Positions 47,508-60,912 of a stretch of DNA of 64,000 nt are shown piece by piece. Positions within the stretch are counted from its first letter, which is position 1. Each line of letters starts with the position of its first letter. The notes below the pieces were generated by a model, which saw only the letters and a list, made by a program, of their open reading frames with translations, was not told where the DNA came from and made no database searches. Made by a program: the position numbers and the translations under genes. The DNA comes from an uncultured delta proteobacterium (GTDB lineage: Bacteria; Myxococcota_A; Polyangia; Fen-1088). The stretch spans positions 160,001 to 224,000 of the forward strand of contig CAVWIP010000018.1 of the NCBI GenBank assembly GCA_963755125.1. Direction: 5' to 3'.

Positions 47508-48212
47508 ATGTCTTCCAGAATGTCTTCGTCCCTCAAGTCCAGCACCGCCTTCGTGGTGGGTCTCTTGCTGACCATGCACGGGTTCTTCGTCGTGACCTTC
47601 CTGGTCGCCAACGCGCCGCTGGAAAAGACCATGGGCATCGTGCAGAAGATCTTCTACTTCCACGTGCCTTGCGCCTGGCTACTCATGCTGTCCACCTTCG
47701 TGTGCGCGGGCGGCAGCCTGGCGTACCTGTTTCGCGGGTCGGAACGCGGCGATCGGCTGGCCCTGTGCAGTGCCGAGTTGGGCGTGCTGTTTGGCCTGTG
47801 CGTGATGGTGACCGGTCCGCTGTGGGCGCGGGCGGCGTGGGGCGTGTTCTGGACCTGGGACGTACGCCTCACCTCCTCGCTGTTGCTCTGGCTGATGCTG
47901 ATCGCGTATGGGCTGGCGCGACGCTATGGCGGCGAAGGCGGACGCCGGCTGGCCGCGGCCATGGCCCTGTTCGCGGCGGCGGATGTGCCTCTCGTCTATC
48001 TCAGCGTCAACGTCTGGCGCACCCTACACCCGACGACCAAGGTGGTTTCGTCGTTGGCCCCGGGGATGCGCTTGCCCTTCTTCTTGTCGCTGGCCATCTT
48101 CAGCGCCTTATGGGGCGTGCTGCTGACCTTGCGCATGCGTGTCGAGCGCGCCCATGCGCGCCTGGTGGAACTGACGATCGCCGTCGAGGATGCGGAAGGA
48201 AGGTCACCATGA
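47508..48212 (+). CDS. ccmC: Heme chaperone-loading protein CcmC
   Basis: QKIFYFHVP, GPLWARAAWGVFWTWDVRLTS (WWD), WRTLHP. Confidence 0.93.
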   Translation: MSSRMSSSLKSSTAFVVGLLLTMHGFFVVTFLVANAPLEKTMGIVQKIFYFHVPCAWLLMLSTFVCAGGSLAYLFRGSERGDRLALCSAELGVLFGLCVMVTGPLWARAAWGVFWTWDVRLTSSLLLWLMLIAYGLARRYGGEGGRRLAAAMALFAAADVPLVYLSVNVWRTLHPTTKVVSSLAPGMRLPFFLSLAIFSALWGVLLTLRMRVERAHARLVELTIAVEDAEGRSP

Positions 48213-48343
48213 CTTACGTTGCCCTGGCTTACGGTTTCATTTGGGGTGCGGTGTTCACCTACATCGCGCTAATCGGGCGGCGCGTGGCGCGCATCGACGC
48301 CGAGATCGAAGATCTGCGCCAGCGGGTCAAGCCCAGCGCCTAG
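48209..48343 (+). CDS. ccmD: CcmD-like small membrane protein (44 aa)
   Basis: MTYVALAYGFIWGAVFTYIALIGRRVARIDAEIEDLR; ATGA overlap with ccmC. Confidence 0.8.
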   Translation: MTYVALAYGFIWGAVFTYIALIGRRVARIDAEIEDLRQRVKPSA

Positions 48344-48417
48344 ATCTTCTCGGCGGGTCGCGCGTTCAAAGTCCCCAGATCCCCCGGCCAGATCACCCCG
48401 GGGACAGGAGGCCCGCC

Positions 48418-48960
48418 ATGCGACGCGCGCACCCGTCCAAGGAAGCCGTGCTCTGCCTTGTCACGTTCCTTTGCGCCGAAGGATCACCCCCGGCCGCCCA
48501 GCCCGACCGTGCGATAAGTGCACGGCCGGCCGGCCCGATCAGCGACCGTCGGCAAGTTCCGCCCGACCCGCTGGCCGGTCTGCCCGAGGAAGAGCCGGTC
48601 CAGCGGCGACGCAGCCGCGACAGAGGAAAAAACGGACAGGGTGCGGGAAGCAAGACGACATGCAGGCTTGAGGCAAGACCCGAGAGCGATCGCGAGGTGG
48701 GGGATCTGCGTGCGGCGGTCGCCGTCATTCAACGTGGGCCACGGACAGCCCCCTGCCCTTCCGCACAGATGGCCAATCCCCTGCGTCTGCGCCTCTCCAT
48801 CGACAGCGCGGGAAAAATCACCGCGGTCGAGAGACTGTCGGGCGACAAGAAGCTGGCCGACGATCTGATGCGCAAGCTGGTGGGACAGGTCTCCCTGTCA
48901 AAGGTCACCTCGGCCACCGCCGGCGTCGCCCAGATCAGCCTCCGGCGGGCTGCACGCTGA
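48418..48960 (+). CDS. Hypothetical protein or gene remnant with a TonB-C-like C-terminal region
   Basis: AGGAGG RBS before ATG; LRLRLSIDSAGKITAVERLSGD resembles TonB-C-type strands, while the N-terminal half looks poorly protein-like. Confidence 0.4.
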   Translation: MRRAHPSKEAVLCLVTFLCAEGSPPAAQPDRAISARPAGPISDRRQVPPDPLAGLPEEEPVQRRRSRDRGKNGQGAGSKTTCRLEARPESDREVGDLRAAVAVIQRGPRTAPCPSAQMANPLRLRLSIDSAGKITAVERLSGDKKLADDLMRKLVGQVSLSKVTSATAGVAQISLRRAAR

Positions 48961-49002
48961 CGCCCCCAGGAGACCAGCCTACGAGCCGCTGCACACCACA
49001 GC

Positions 49003-49425
49003 TCATGCCTTACCCCGCAGAAGTGCCTTGAACCCAGCTTTGTCGAAATGCTCGTCCTTGGTGAGCGCCTCCCGCAGGCGACGGGCTTTCATCGTCTGAA
49101 AACTCAGGCAATCCGTGAACGACCATCCCTGATCGATGTGCTTGGCCATGAAAGCCGCAGCCCGGACAAACACTTCGGGACTCGTCCAGTCGACCACGCA
49201 CGCCTTCGATTGCAGGGTGGATTGGAAGAAGCCCTCCACCAGATGCCCGAAGCCGCGAGCGACCAGCAAGGTCGCTGTCTCGTCGAGCACGTAGTCGGTT
49301 GTCACGAACTTCGCACGGCGGCGCTGCGCCTGTTGCAGAATCCGAGCCGCTCGTTCGTGCATCTCTTCTCGCTCCACGAGCAGCGCGTAGAAGCCGCTGG
49401 TGTCGACGAATGTTTCAGAGGCCAT
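49003..49425 (-). CDS. vapC: VapC PIN-domain toxin
   Basis: FVDTSGFYAL, TTDYVLDET, SFTDCLSF, LTKDEHF acidic PIN residues. Confidence 0.9.
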   Translation of the reverse strand: MASETFVDTSGFYALLVEREEMHERAARILQQAQRRRAKFVTTDYVLDETATLLVARGFGHLVEGFFQSTLQSKACVVDWTSPEVFVRAAAFMAKHIDQGWSFTDCLSFQTMKARRLREALTKDEHFDKAGFKALLRGKA

Positions 49426-49660
49426 AGACGATGTCGTCGATCTGGCGGTTCGTCAGAGAGGACCCTCGACGTTTCGAAAGCTCACCCAGCCGGTAGAAGG
49501 GATCGTCGGCCTCCACCGTCGGGGGTCGGATCGGTTCGAGCCGAAGTGCCGGACGTCCGCGATACGTGAGCACGATGGCTTCGCCGGCACGCACCTGTCC
49601 CACGATCTGCTTTGCGTGGACTCGCAGATCGAGCATGGAAACTGTCTTGCCAACCGGCAT
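49415..49660 (-). CDS. Phd/YefM-family antitoxin
   Basis: KTVSMLDLR...VRAGEAIVLTYRGRPALRLEP...IDDIVYG; overlaps the toxin start. Confidence 0.85.
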   Translation of the reverse strand: MPVGKTVSMLDLRVHAKQIVGQVRAGEAIVLTYRGRPALRLEPIRPPTVEADDPFYRLGELSKRRGSSLTNRQIDDIVYGL

Positions 49661-49696
49661 GAGATGAAGTTTAAGTTGAAGTTGATCTTGAGTCAA
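49661..49696 (-). promoter_or_regulatory. sigma70 promoter with overlapping operator for the TA operon (leaderless)
   Basis: TTGACT-17 nt-TAAACT-7 nt-ATG; contains three AACTT direct repeats and the imperfect inverted pair AGATGAAGTT / AAGTTGATCT. Confidence 0.75.
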
Positions 49697-49740
49697 TCCG
49701 GACCCACGACGACCACGACCTTCCGCCGGCTGGCGCGCGA

Positions 49741-50754
49741 CTACGCCCGCGCGCCCGGGTGAATGGCGCTGCTGACCAGGAAGCGGCTGGCGCCGATGAG
49801 CGGCGCGCGCGCATCGAGCGCCACCCGCACCGGCAGGTTCTTCGCCCATTCCGAAAAACGTCCCTTGTCGGCCAGGGCTGCCAGAAAGGATCCTTCCTTG
49901 AGCGCCGGCAGGATCTTCGGGGCGATGCCGCCGCCGATGATCACGCCGCCCGTGGTCAGCCCCTTGAGCGCCAGGTTCCCGGCCTCGGCGCCCAGCACCG
50001 CACAGAACATGCGCAGGGCCTGCACGCACACCGGATCGCGGTTGGCCAGGGCGGCTGCCGAGATCGCCGCATTGGGATCGCCGCTGCCAAGTTGTTCGGC
50101 CAGCCAGGGCGGCTCGCGGCTGGTGGCCTCGTTGCGCAAGCAGCGATACAGGTTGCCGATGCCGGCGCCCGAAAGGATGCGCTCGTAGCTGACGTGGCCG
50201 CCCAGGACCGCCCGCAGGTGGCGCAAAAGAACGATCTCGTCGTCGGTGCGCGGGGCGAAGTCGGCGTGGCCGCCTTCCGACGGGATAGCGTGGTACTGCT
50301 TGCCGTCGAAGTGGAGCAGGGCCTCACCCAGGCCCGTGCCGGGCGCGATGACCGCGATGTCGCCCCGGGCGCCAGCCTTCCCAGGCTGCAGCACTTCAAA
50401 ATCCTGGGACGCCAAAAACAACATGCCGAAGGCGGCGGCCTCCAGGTCATTGAGCAAGCGCACGCGCGGGGCGCGTAGGCCCTTGGCCAGATGTTCCTCA
50501 TCGAGCAACCAGGGCAGGTTGGTCAGCCGAGCCCGGCCGCCCTCGACCGGCCCGGCCACGCCAAAGCAGGCGCCAGTCAGCGTGGGCCGTTCGCTGGCCG
50601 AGAGGAACTCGTCCACCACCGCCTCGATCGAGTGGTATTCGAGGCTGGGAAAGGTGGCCTCGCGCACGCAGCGCAGATCCTCGCCCTCCTGGCCCACCTG
50701 CTCGAAGAGCGCGAGCACGGTCTTGGTTCCGCCGATGTCGCCAGCAATGATCAT
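49741..50754 (-). CDS. glk: Glucokinase
   Basis: AGDIGGTKT, GVAGPV, LTNLPW, LLNDLEA, APGTGLGEA, SEGGH, SYERILSG. Confidence 0.95.
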   Translation of the reverse strand: MIIAGDIGGTKTVLALFEQVGQEGEDLRCVREATFPSLEYHSIEAVVDEFLSASERPTLTGACFGVAGPVEGGRARLTNLPWLLDEEHLAKGLRAPRVRLLNDLEAAAFGMLFLASQDFEVLQPGKAGARGDIAVIAPGTGLGEALLHFDGKQYHAIPSEGGHADFAPRTDDEIVLLRHLRAVLGGHVSYERILSGAGIGNLYRCLRNEATSREPPWLAEQLGSGDPNAAISAAALANRDPVCVQALRMFCAVLGAEAGNLALKGLTTGGVIIGGGIAPKILPALKEGSFLAALADKGRFSEWAKNLPVRVALDARAPLIGASRFLVSSAIHPGARA

Positions 50755-50925
50755 GGCCGCCAGGGTAGCACTGTCCTTCTCGGCCGCGAAGTCATGGCAA
50801 TCGACTTCGGAGGCCGTGATGACATTTCGCGCTAAGGTGGCGCGGCTCCGGTTAGCCTCGGTGCCGGTTCTGTGGTATGGAAGCGGCGCACCGACGGACA
50901 CCTACATCAACCTCACGAAGCACGT

Positions 50926-53900
50926 GTGACTGTGGAGCAACCGGGAAGAATAGGAGTCGACATCGGCGCCGTATCGCTCAAGGCGGTCCGGATCGACGGT
51001 GCTGGCAAGGTCGTTCAGTCCTTCTACGCCCGACACAAAGGCGAGCCGGCTCCCGTGCTCGAGCGCGCCCTGCGCGAGCTGGACCTGGCGCCCGGGGACG
51101 CCATCGGCTTCTGCGGGCTGAATGCGACCCGCTTCTGCGAGGCCTTCGAGACCCGGCGGCTGGACATTGCCGCCTGCCAGATTCGCGTCGTGCACGCCCT
51201 GTTCCCCGAGGTTCGCAACATCATCGACATCGGCGGCGGCTCGGTGACGCTGGTGCAGCTCGACGCCCAGGGGCACTTCCAGAACTACGCCACCAACTCC
51301 ATGTGCGCGGCAGGCACCGGATCCTTCCTCGACGAGCAGGCCGCGCGCCTGGGCCTGGATTGCAGCGATCCGGCCTTGGTGGGCAGCGTGGCCGAGCCGC
51401 CCTCCATCGCCACCCGCTGCTCGGTGTTCGCCAAGAGCGACCTGATTCACCGCCAGCAAGAGGGCTACAGCAAGGCCGCCATGTGGTCCGGGCTGTGCCG
51501 GGGCATGACCCGCACCTTGATCGGAACCCTGCTGCGGGCGCGGCCCCTGGATGCCCCGACCGCGATCATCGGCGGGGTAGCGCTCAACGGCGAGGTTCTG
51601 CGCTGGCTGGACGCGGCCTTCCCCAATTTGCTGCGCGTGCCGGCCTCGCCCCATCTCGTGGCGGCCACCGGCGCCGCTGCCCTGGGCGCGGTTCCGCGGC
51701 GGCTGCCCTCGCGCGAGTCACTCCATCGCATTGCCACGGCCAGCGACGTGGAATACCACCCCTGGCCGCTCACGCTGGAGAAGTCGAAGTACCCCGATTT
51801 TCGCCTGGCCGAGTCCTACACCGACCCGGAGGGCAACGAGGTGCGCGTGGTTTCCTGGCCCGCGGGCCAGACCTTGCGCGTGTACCTGGGCATCGACATC
51901 GGCTCGACCAGCACCAAGCTGGCGCTGGTCAACGACAAGGACGAACTGCTGGTCAACGTGTACCGCAAGACCGGCGGCGATCCCATCGGTGCCACGCAGA
52001 AGCTGTGCCGCGCCCTGCGCGAGCTCGAGGCCAAGAAGGGCGCGCGCATAGAAGTGCTGGGCGCCGGGACCACGGGCAGCGGCCGCAAGATCGTGGGCGA
52101 GGTGATCGGCGGGGACGCCATCATCAACGAGATCAGCGCCCATGTGGCGGGCGCCACCTTCACCGATCCCACGGTCGACACCATCTTCGAAATCGGCGGC
52201 CAGGACGCCAAGTACATGCACATCGTCGACGGCCACATCCGCGACGCCAACATGAACTACGTGTGCGCCGCCGGCACCGGCTCGTTCGTCGAGGAACAGG
52301 CCAACAAGCTGGGCTACAAGGTGGCCGAAGTGGGCCAGGCCGTGCTGGGGGTGAAGCCCCCGCGCGCCACCGACCGATGCACCGTCTTCATGGAGCAGGA
52401 CGTGGTGCGCTTCATCGAGGCCGGCGCCAGCCGACCCGAGGCCCTGGCCGCGGTCATGGTCGCGGTGGCCAAGAACTACCTCAACAAGGTGGTGGGCAAC
52501 CGCCACCGCAACCGCAACCGCATCATGTTCCAGGGCGCCACCGCGCGGAACAAGGCCCTGGTGGCCGCGTTCGAGCGCCTGCTCGACGTGGAGGTCGTGG
52601 TATCGCCCTACTGCCACGTGATGGGTGCCTTTGGCGTGGCCCGGCTGGTGCGCCAGACCATGGCGGAACAGAGCGTGAGTTCGTCGCGCTTTCGTGGCCT
52701 CGACCTGGACAAGCGCAAGATCGTCCTGCGCAAGGAAACCTGCGACCTCTGTCAGAACGACTGCACCATCACCTTTGCCGAGATCGAGGGTGTGACGGGC
52801 TCGCCCTCGTGGGGCTACATGTGCGGCCGCGATCCCGGCGAGCAGAAGGTGCGCAAGAGCCCGTATGATCGGGCCCTGCGCCTGCGCCAGCGTCTGTGGC
52901 GCGAGGGTGGCGCCGGCGTGAAAGTTCCGGACAAGGCGCCGGTGGTGGGCCTGCCCCAGGCGCTGCTGACCTACACCTACTATCCGCTGTGGCAGCGTTT
53001 CTTCAATACACTGGGCTTCCGCGTGCAGCTTTCCGGCCAGACTACCGACGAAATCCGCGAGTTGGGCCCGCGCATGGCGGGCGCCGACTTCTGCTTCCCG
53101 GCCAAGCTGGCGCTGGGCCATGTGGCCAAGCTGGCGGTCACCGACGGAGTTGACTTCGTGTTCGTGCCGCATTTGAAAAACACGCCGGCCAACGAAGAGA
53201 CCACGGGCACGGCGGTGTGCCCCTACGTGCAGGGAACCGCGGCGTGCAGCCGCACGGCCCTGGCCATGAACCACATGGACGCCTCGCGCATCCTGTCGCC
53301 TCTGGTCGACATGCGCATGCGCGAGCGTGACATCATCAAGACCCTGTCCGACGAGCTGGCCAAGCCGCTCGGGCGCTCGTCGCGCGACATCCGGCGCGCC
53401 TGGCACGCTGGCCTGGAGGCGCAGGATCGTTTCGAGCAGCGCTGCCAGGAGGAGGGCGCCAAGATCCTGGCCGAGGCCACCGCCAAAAACGAGAAGATGA
53501 TCCTGCTGGTGGGCCGGCCCTACAACAACTACGACGGCGGCGCCAACCTGGGCCTGCCGCAGAAGATCGCGGACATGGGCCGCACGGTCCTGCCCATGGA
53601 CTTCCTTGCGCCAGATCTGTCGCGGCTGGGCTTGCGCTATCGCAACGCCTTCTGGAGCTACGGCCAGAAGATCCTGGCCGTGCTGGAGCAGGCCGTTGAC
53701 CATGAGCTGCTCGACGTCGTGTACCTGACCAACTTCTCCTGCGGGCCGGACAGCTTCCTGCTCAGCTTCGCCGAGGAGATCATGGGCCGCCGCCCGCTGC
53801 TCATGCTGGAACTCGACGAGCACGGCGCCGACGCCGGCTACATGACCCGGCTGGAGGCGTTCTTCGATGTCTTGCGCCGGCCGCGGCCCGAGCGCGGGCC

Positions 53901-55224
53901 ACGTGCGCGCGAGCACGTCGAGCCCACCGACCTGCGCGGCCGCACCATCTGGATCCCGCCCATGCACCAGTTCGGCACGCGCCTGGTGGCGGCGGCCTTC
54001 CGGCAACACGGCTTCGACGCGCGCACCTTGCCCGACGAGAACAAGGAGTCGTTCGATCTGGGCCGCTCGCTCACGCGCGGCTCCGAGTGCCTGCCCTGCG
54101 CGCTCACCATCGGGACGCTGCTCAAGACGCTGCGCCAGCAGCCGGCCGGCGGCCGCCACGCTTTCTTCATGCCCAGTTCCAAGGGCCCGTGCCGCTTCGG
54201 CCAGTACACCGTCCTGCACCGGCAGATCCTGGACCGCGAGGGCTTCGAGGACGTGGCCATCCTGGCCCCCGCGTCCAACAACGCCTACCAGGGGCTGGAC
54301 AGCCAGATGCGGCGCTCGCTGTTCAAGGCCATCGTGTGTTCGGACATCATCCTGAAAGCCCAGTGCAAGGTGCGACCCTACGAGGTCAACGTGGGCGAAA
54401 CCGATCGCGTGGTGGCCGAAATGGCCGATGCGGTTGCGCGCGCGCTGGAAACCGACGCGGATCTGCCGGCCGTCATCCGCGAGGGCATTGGCAAGATCGC
54501 CGCCATCCCCGTGGCGGGGCCGCGCAAGCCCCTGGTCGGCATCGTTGGCGAGATCTACGTGCGCAACAACGTCTACGCCAATGAAGACGTGATCAGCGCC
54601 ATCGAGATGTTTGGCGGCGAGGCGTGGATGATCCCCATCACCGACTGGATCCTCTACACCTCGTCGATCGAGAACTATATGGAGGAGTTCCCCTCGACCA
54701 TCATGTCGTGGGAAAAGGCCGACACCTTCGTCACCTACCACTGGATGCGGCACTGGGAGCAGAAGCTCATGCGCGCGGCCAGTCCCTTCCTCGACGACCG
54801 GCACGAACCGCCCTTCCAGGAGTGCATGAAGCTGGCCACGCCCTACATGGCGTTCTATTGCGGCGGCGAGGGCAAGCTGTCAATCGGACGCGCCATCAAG
54901 TTCGCGCAACAGGGCGCGGCCATGGTGGTGAACTGTGCGCCGTTTGGCTGCATGCCCGAGACCGTGGCCACCGCCGTGTTCGGCCGCGTGTCGGCCGACG
55001 TCGACATGCCCATCGTCAGCCTGTTCTACGACGGCAGCGGCGGACAGAACCGGCGCCTGGAGGTCTTCCTCAACAACGCCGTGGGCGGCAAACGCGCAAG
55101 TGGCCGCACCAGCATCGTCGGCGACGTGCAACCGGCGCCCTGGCGCCCCGGCGACAAGCTGGTGCCCGTGCAGAACCTGACCGCGCGCGTGCGCACCGGC
55201 GGCAACGCGGGCGAGTCGGCGTAG
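50926..55224 (+). CDS. Fused CoA-substrate activase (two ASKHA/BcrAD domains) plus reductase/dehydratase domains; PlsA/Ger-like
   Basis: Two activase modules (GVDIG..IDIGG..CAAGTGSF..CSVF; GIDIGSTSTK..EIGGQDAK..CAAGTGSF..CTVF), CDLCQNDC, FCFPAK, CPY, NFSCGPD, ECLPC, GPCRFGQY, PFGCMP. Confidence 0.9.
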   Translation: MTVEQPGRIGVDIGAVSLKAVRIDGAGKVVQSFYARHKGEPAPVLERALRELDLAPGDAIGFCGLNATRFCEAFETRRLDIAACQIRVVHALFPEVRNIIDIGGGSVTLVQLDAQGHFQNYATNSMCAAGTGSFLDEQAARLGLDCSDPALVGSVAEPPSIATRCSVFAKSDLIHRQQEGYSKAAMWSGLCRGMTRTLIGTLLRARPLDAPTAIIGGVALNGEVLRWLDAAFPNLLRVPASPHLVAATGAAALGAVPRRLPSRESLHRIATASDVEYHPWPLTLEKSKYPDFRLAESYTDPEGNEVRVVSWPAGQTLRVYLGIDIGSTSTKLALVNDKDELLVNVYRKTGGDPIGATQKLCRALRELEAKKGARIEVLGAGTTGSGRKIVGEVIGGDAIINEISAHVAGATFTDPTVDTIFEIGGQDAKYMHIVDGHIRDANMNYVCAAGTGSFVEEQANKLGYKVAEVGQAVLGVKPPRATDRCTVFMEQDVVRFIEAGASRPEALAAVMVAVAKNYLNKVVGNRHRNRNRIMFQGATARNKALVAAFERLLDVEVVVSPYCHVMGAFGVARLVRQTMAEQSVSSSRFRGLDLDKRKIVLRKETCDLCQNDCTITFAEIEGVTGSPSWGYMCGRDPGEQKVRKSPYDRALRLRQRLWREGGAGVKVPDKAPVVGLPQALLTYTYYPLWQRFFNTLGFRVQLSGQTTDEIRELGPRMAGADFCFPAKLALGHVAKLAVTDGVDFVFVPHLKNTPANEETTGTAVCPYVQGTAACSRTALAMNHMDASRILSPLVDMRMRERDIIKTLSDELAKPLGRSSRDIRRAWHAGLEAQDRFEQRCQEEGAKILAEATAKNEKMILLVGRPYNNYDGGANLGLPQKIADMGRTVLPMDFLAPDLSRLGLRYRNAFWSYGQKILAVLEQAVDHELLDVVYLTNFSCGPDSFLLSFAEEIMGRRPLLMLELDEHGADAGYMTRLEAFFDVLRRPRPERGPRAREHVEPTDLRGRTIWIPPMHQFGTRLVAAAFRQHGFDARTLPDENKESFDLGRSLTRGSECLPCALTIGTLLKTLRQQPAGGRHAFFMPSSKGPCRFGQYTVLHRQILDREGFEDVAILAPASNNAYQGLDSQMRRSLFKAIVCSDIILKAQCKVRPYEVNVGETDRVVAEMADAVARALETDADLPAVIREGIGKIAAIPVAGPRKPLVGIVGEIYVRNNVYANEDVISAIEMFGGEAWMIPITDWILYTSSIENYMEEFPSTIMSWEKADTFVTYHWMRHWEQKLMRAASPFLDDRHEPPFQECMKLATPYMAFYCGGEGKLSIGRAIKFAQQGAAMVVNCAPFGCMPETVATAVFGRVSADVDMPIVSLFYDGSGGQNRRLEVFLNNAVGGKRASGRTSIVGDVQPAPWRPGDKLVPVQNLTARVRTGGNAGESA

Positions 55225-55295
55225 GGATCGAAGTTGCAAAGGCCGGGGCTGTAACTGCGAACTCGCGGCCAGCCGGTGCCCGTCACCGCTGTGGC

Positions 55296-55535
55296 TACCT
55301 GGGCAAGCTTCCGCTGCCGCGTGCGCCCTCCGTCCTGGTTCCCGAGGAACGCCAGCGCCACCAGATTCAGCCGCTTTCGCTCGACGAGGCCGCCGCCCTT
55401 TTCTGCGCCAAGCTGCCTGAGCTACACAAGGATCCATTCGATCGCATGCTGGTCTGTCAGGCCATTGTTGGCGGACTGACCCTGCTCACCCCCGATCCAC
55501 TGGTCACGCAATATCCGGTGGCCACCGTCTGGTGA
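55296..55535 (+). pseudogene. 5'-truncated VapC/PIN toxin fragment
   Basis: LGKLPLP...LPELHKDPFDRMLVCQAIVGGLTLLTPDPLVTQYPVATVW is the C-terminal half of a PIN toxin; no N-terminal DT motif, start codon or antitoxin. Confidence 0.75.
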
Positions 55536-55608
55536 CCAGGACGCGGGTTTGCCCGCGCATGGCGGTTTCGCACAGGCCGCATCCGTGGTGGGGTTCATGG
55601 CAAGACGG

Positions 55609-58941
<3,333 letters not shown>

Positions 58942-59138
58942 GGCCACACGTGGGTTCAGTGCGAGAGCAACGGCGCTGGCGGCGGCGGAACACAGGGCTC
59001 CGGCGGCGGTCGGGGCGGCGGGGAAAAGGGCTGGTTCGCCATCGGCGGGTCCGGCATGGTGCCGTCCCCGCATATGTTGGCGCGGCTCCGGCCGCAAGTC
59101 GAGCCGTCAGGGCGCGTCGTGCGTGCGGAGGCTGCGCT

Positions 59139-60872
59139 CTACGTTCCTTCCATGTCGATCGGCTTGGCCTGCGGCTCCATCTCGGTGAAGGGGCGACCGA
59201 AAGCAATCTTGGGGAAGATGGGCGTGGACTCCTCAATCATGACCTGCAACAGCGCCGGGGCGGCCGGATCCCGCCACAGGCTGGCCAGCGCGCCGGGAAT
59301 GTCGGACTCGGCCGCCACGGTGAAACCCGGGATGTCGTAGGCCGCCGCGACCTTGGCGAAGTCCGGCGCGCTGTAGCCCCACACCGTAGACTGGAAGCGC
59401 GACTCGAAGTAGCTCTGCTGGAACTGGCGGACCATGCCGTGGCAATTGTTGTTGATGACCACCATCTTGATGGGCAGGCGGTGGTGTGTGATGGTCTGCA
59501 GCTCGTGGATGTTGTGCTGAAAGCCGCCGTCACCCGCGACCACGACCACCGGGGTCGCGGGGCACGCGAAGGCGACACCCACGGCGGCGGGCAAGGCAAA
59601 ACCCATGGAGCCCATTCCGCCCGAGGTGAGAAAGCGTTGCGCCGGCCCGAGGCGCAGCGACTGCGCCGCCCACATCTGGTGCTGGCCGACGTCCACGGCG
59701 AAAGCGCTGGCACGGGCCGACGACTGCGAGAGCGCCTGCATGAAGGCATTGGGATTGATCCCGGGTGCGCCCTGGGTCTCGGCGGTGTCGGGCCAGCGCT
59801 CGTGCAACTCGGCGATCTCGGCGCACCACTCAGCCCAGCGGCCGCGGTCCTGGTCACCGAGCCGTGCCAGCATGCCGGCCAGGAACAGCTTCAGATCGGA
59901 ACAGATGGCGCGGCAGCCGGGCACCCGCTGGTTCATCTCGCCGGCATCGACATCCACCTGAAAGATGGTGCGGCCCCGCTTGAACGCGGCCACGTCGGAA
60001 CCGGTCTGGCGGATGTCGAGCCGGCTGCCCAGCACCAGGAGCCAGTCGCTGGCGCCCATGGCCAGATTGGCCCAGCGGTTGCCATAGGTTCCGATCATGC
60101 CCACGCGCAACGGCTCATTGGACGGCAGGGCGTCCACTGCCATCAGCGAGTTCACCACGGGCACGCCAAGCTGGCTGACCAGTTTGCGAAATATGTCGGC
60201 AGCGCGGGCGCAGCGCAGGCCACCGCCCACCAGCAGCAGGGGCCGGCGCGCGCCGTGCAGGGAAGCCAGGACTTGCTCGATGTCCGCGGCCAGCGCCGGA
60301 TCGATCGCCGTGGCACCAGCCTGGGCCGGCTCGGGCTGTGGCTCGGCCGCGCTGACGGTGGCGCGCTGGACATCCATGGGAATGTCGACCAGCACTGGGC
60401 CAGGCCGTCCGCCCAGCGCGGTGGCGAAAGCGCGCGCCAGCATCGCGGGCACATCCTCGGGGGATTCGATGAGCCAGGCGGCCTTGGTGATGGGCCGGGC
60501 AATGGCCACGATGTCGGTTTCCTGGAACCCCGACTGGCGAACCGCACGCTGGCCCTTGAGCTCGTTGCGGTTGACCTGTCCGGTGATGAACACGGCCGGC
60601 GTCGAGTCGAAGAAGCAGCTGCCGATGGCGGTGAGCAGGTTGGTCGCGCCCGGGCCGCTGGTGGCCAGGGCCACGCCCGGCACGCCGGTCATGCGCGCGC
60701 ACGCCTCGGCGGCGAAGCCCGCGGCCTGCTCGTGGCGCATGCTGATGACCTGCGGGCCTCCCAGGCGGCAGCAGGAGTCGAGCAAGTGCGTGATCATCCC
60801 GCCTGACACCTCGAACACATGGCCCACGCGCTGCTGGACGAGGAAATGAACGATGTAGTCGGATACCTTCAT
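59139..60872 (-). CDS. TPP-dependent acetolactate-synthase-like enzyme (YerE-like, sugar cluster)
   Basis: RHEQAAGFAAE, TSGPGATN, GRPGPVLVDIP, DVGQHQMW, GDGGF...NN TPP motif; last gene of the CDP-sugar operon. Confidence 0.85.
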   Translation of the reverse strand: MKVSDYIVHFLVQQRVGHVFEVSGGMITHLLDSCCRLGGPQVISMRHEQAAGFAAEACARMTGVPGVALATSGPGATNLLTAIGSCFFDSTPAVFITGQVNRNELKGQRAVRQSGFQETDIVAIARPITKAAWLIESPEDVPAMLARAFATALGGRPGPVLVDIPMDVQRATVSAAEPQPEPAQAGATAIDPALAADIEQVLASLHGARRPLLLVGGGLRCARAADIFRKLVSQLGVPVVNSLMAVDALPSNEPLRVGMIGTYGNRWANLAMGASDWLLVLGSRLDIRQTGSDVAAFKRGRTIFQVDVDAGEMNQRVPGCRAICSDLKLFLAGMLARLGDQDRGRWAEWCAEIAELHERWPDTAETQGAPGINPNAFMQALSQSSARASAFAVDVGQHQMWAAQSLRLGPAQRFLTSGGMGSMGFALPAAVGVAFACPATPVVVVAGDGGFQHNIHELQTITHHRLPIKMVVINNNCHGMVRQFQQSYFESRFQSTVWGYSAPDFAKVAAAYDIPGFTVAAESDIPGALASLWRDPAAPALLQVMIEESTPIFPKIAFGRPFTEMEPQAKPIDMEGT

Positions 60873-60912
60873 CGCCTGATACTCCGCCGTGCCGGACAGA
60901 CCGCCCATTTCA

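Noticed and set aside
58942..59138. GC-rich intergenic stretch as a riboswitch or terminator
   Set aside because: Only weak GC pairings, no U-tract and no recognisable conserved RNA motif.
59139..60872. ilvB for branched-chain amino acid synthesis
   Set aside because: No regulatory subunit or ilvC adjacent; sits in a nucleotide-sugar operon.
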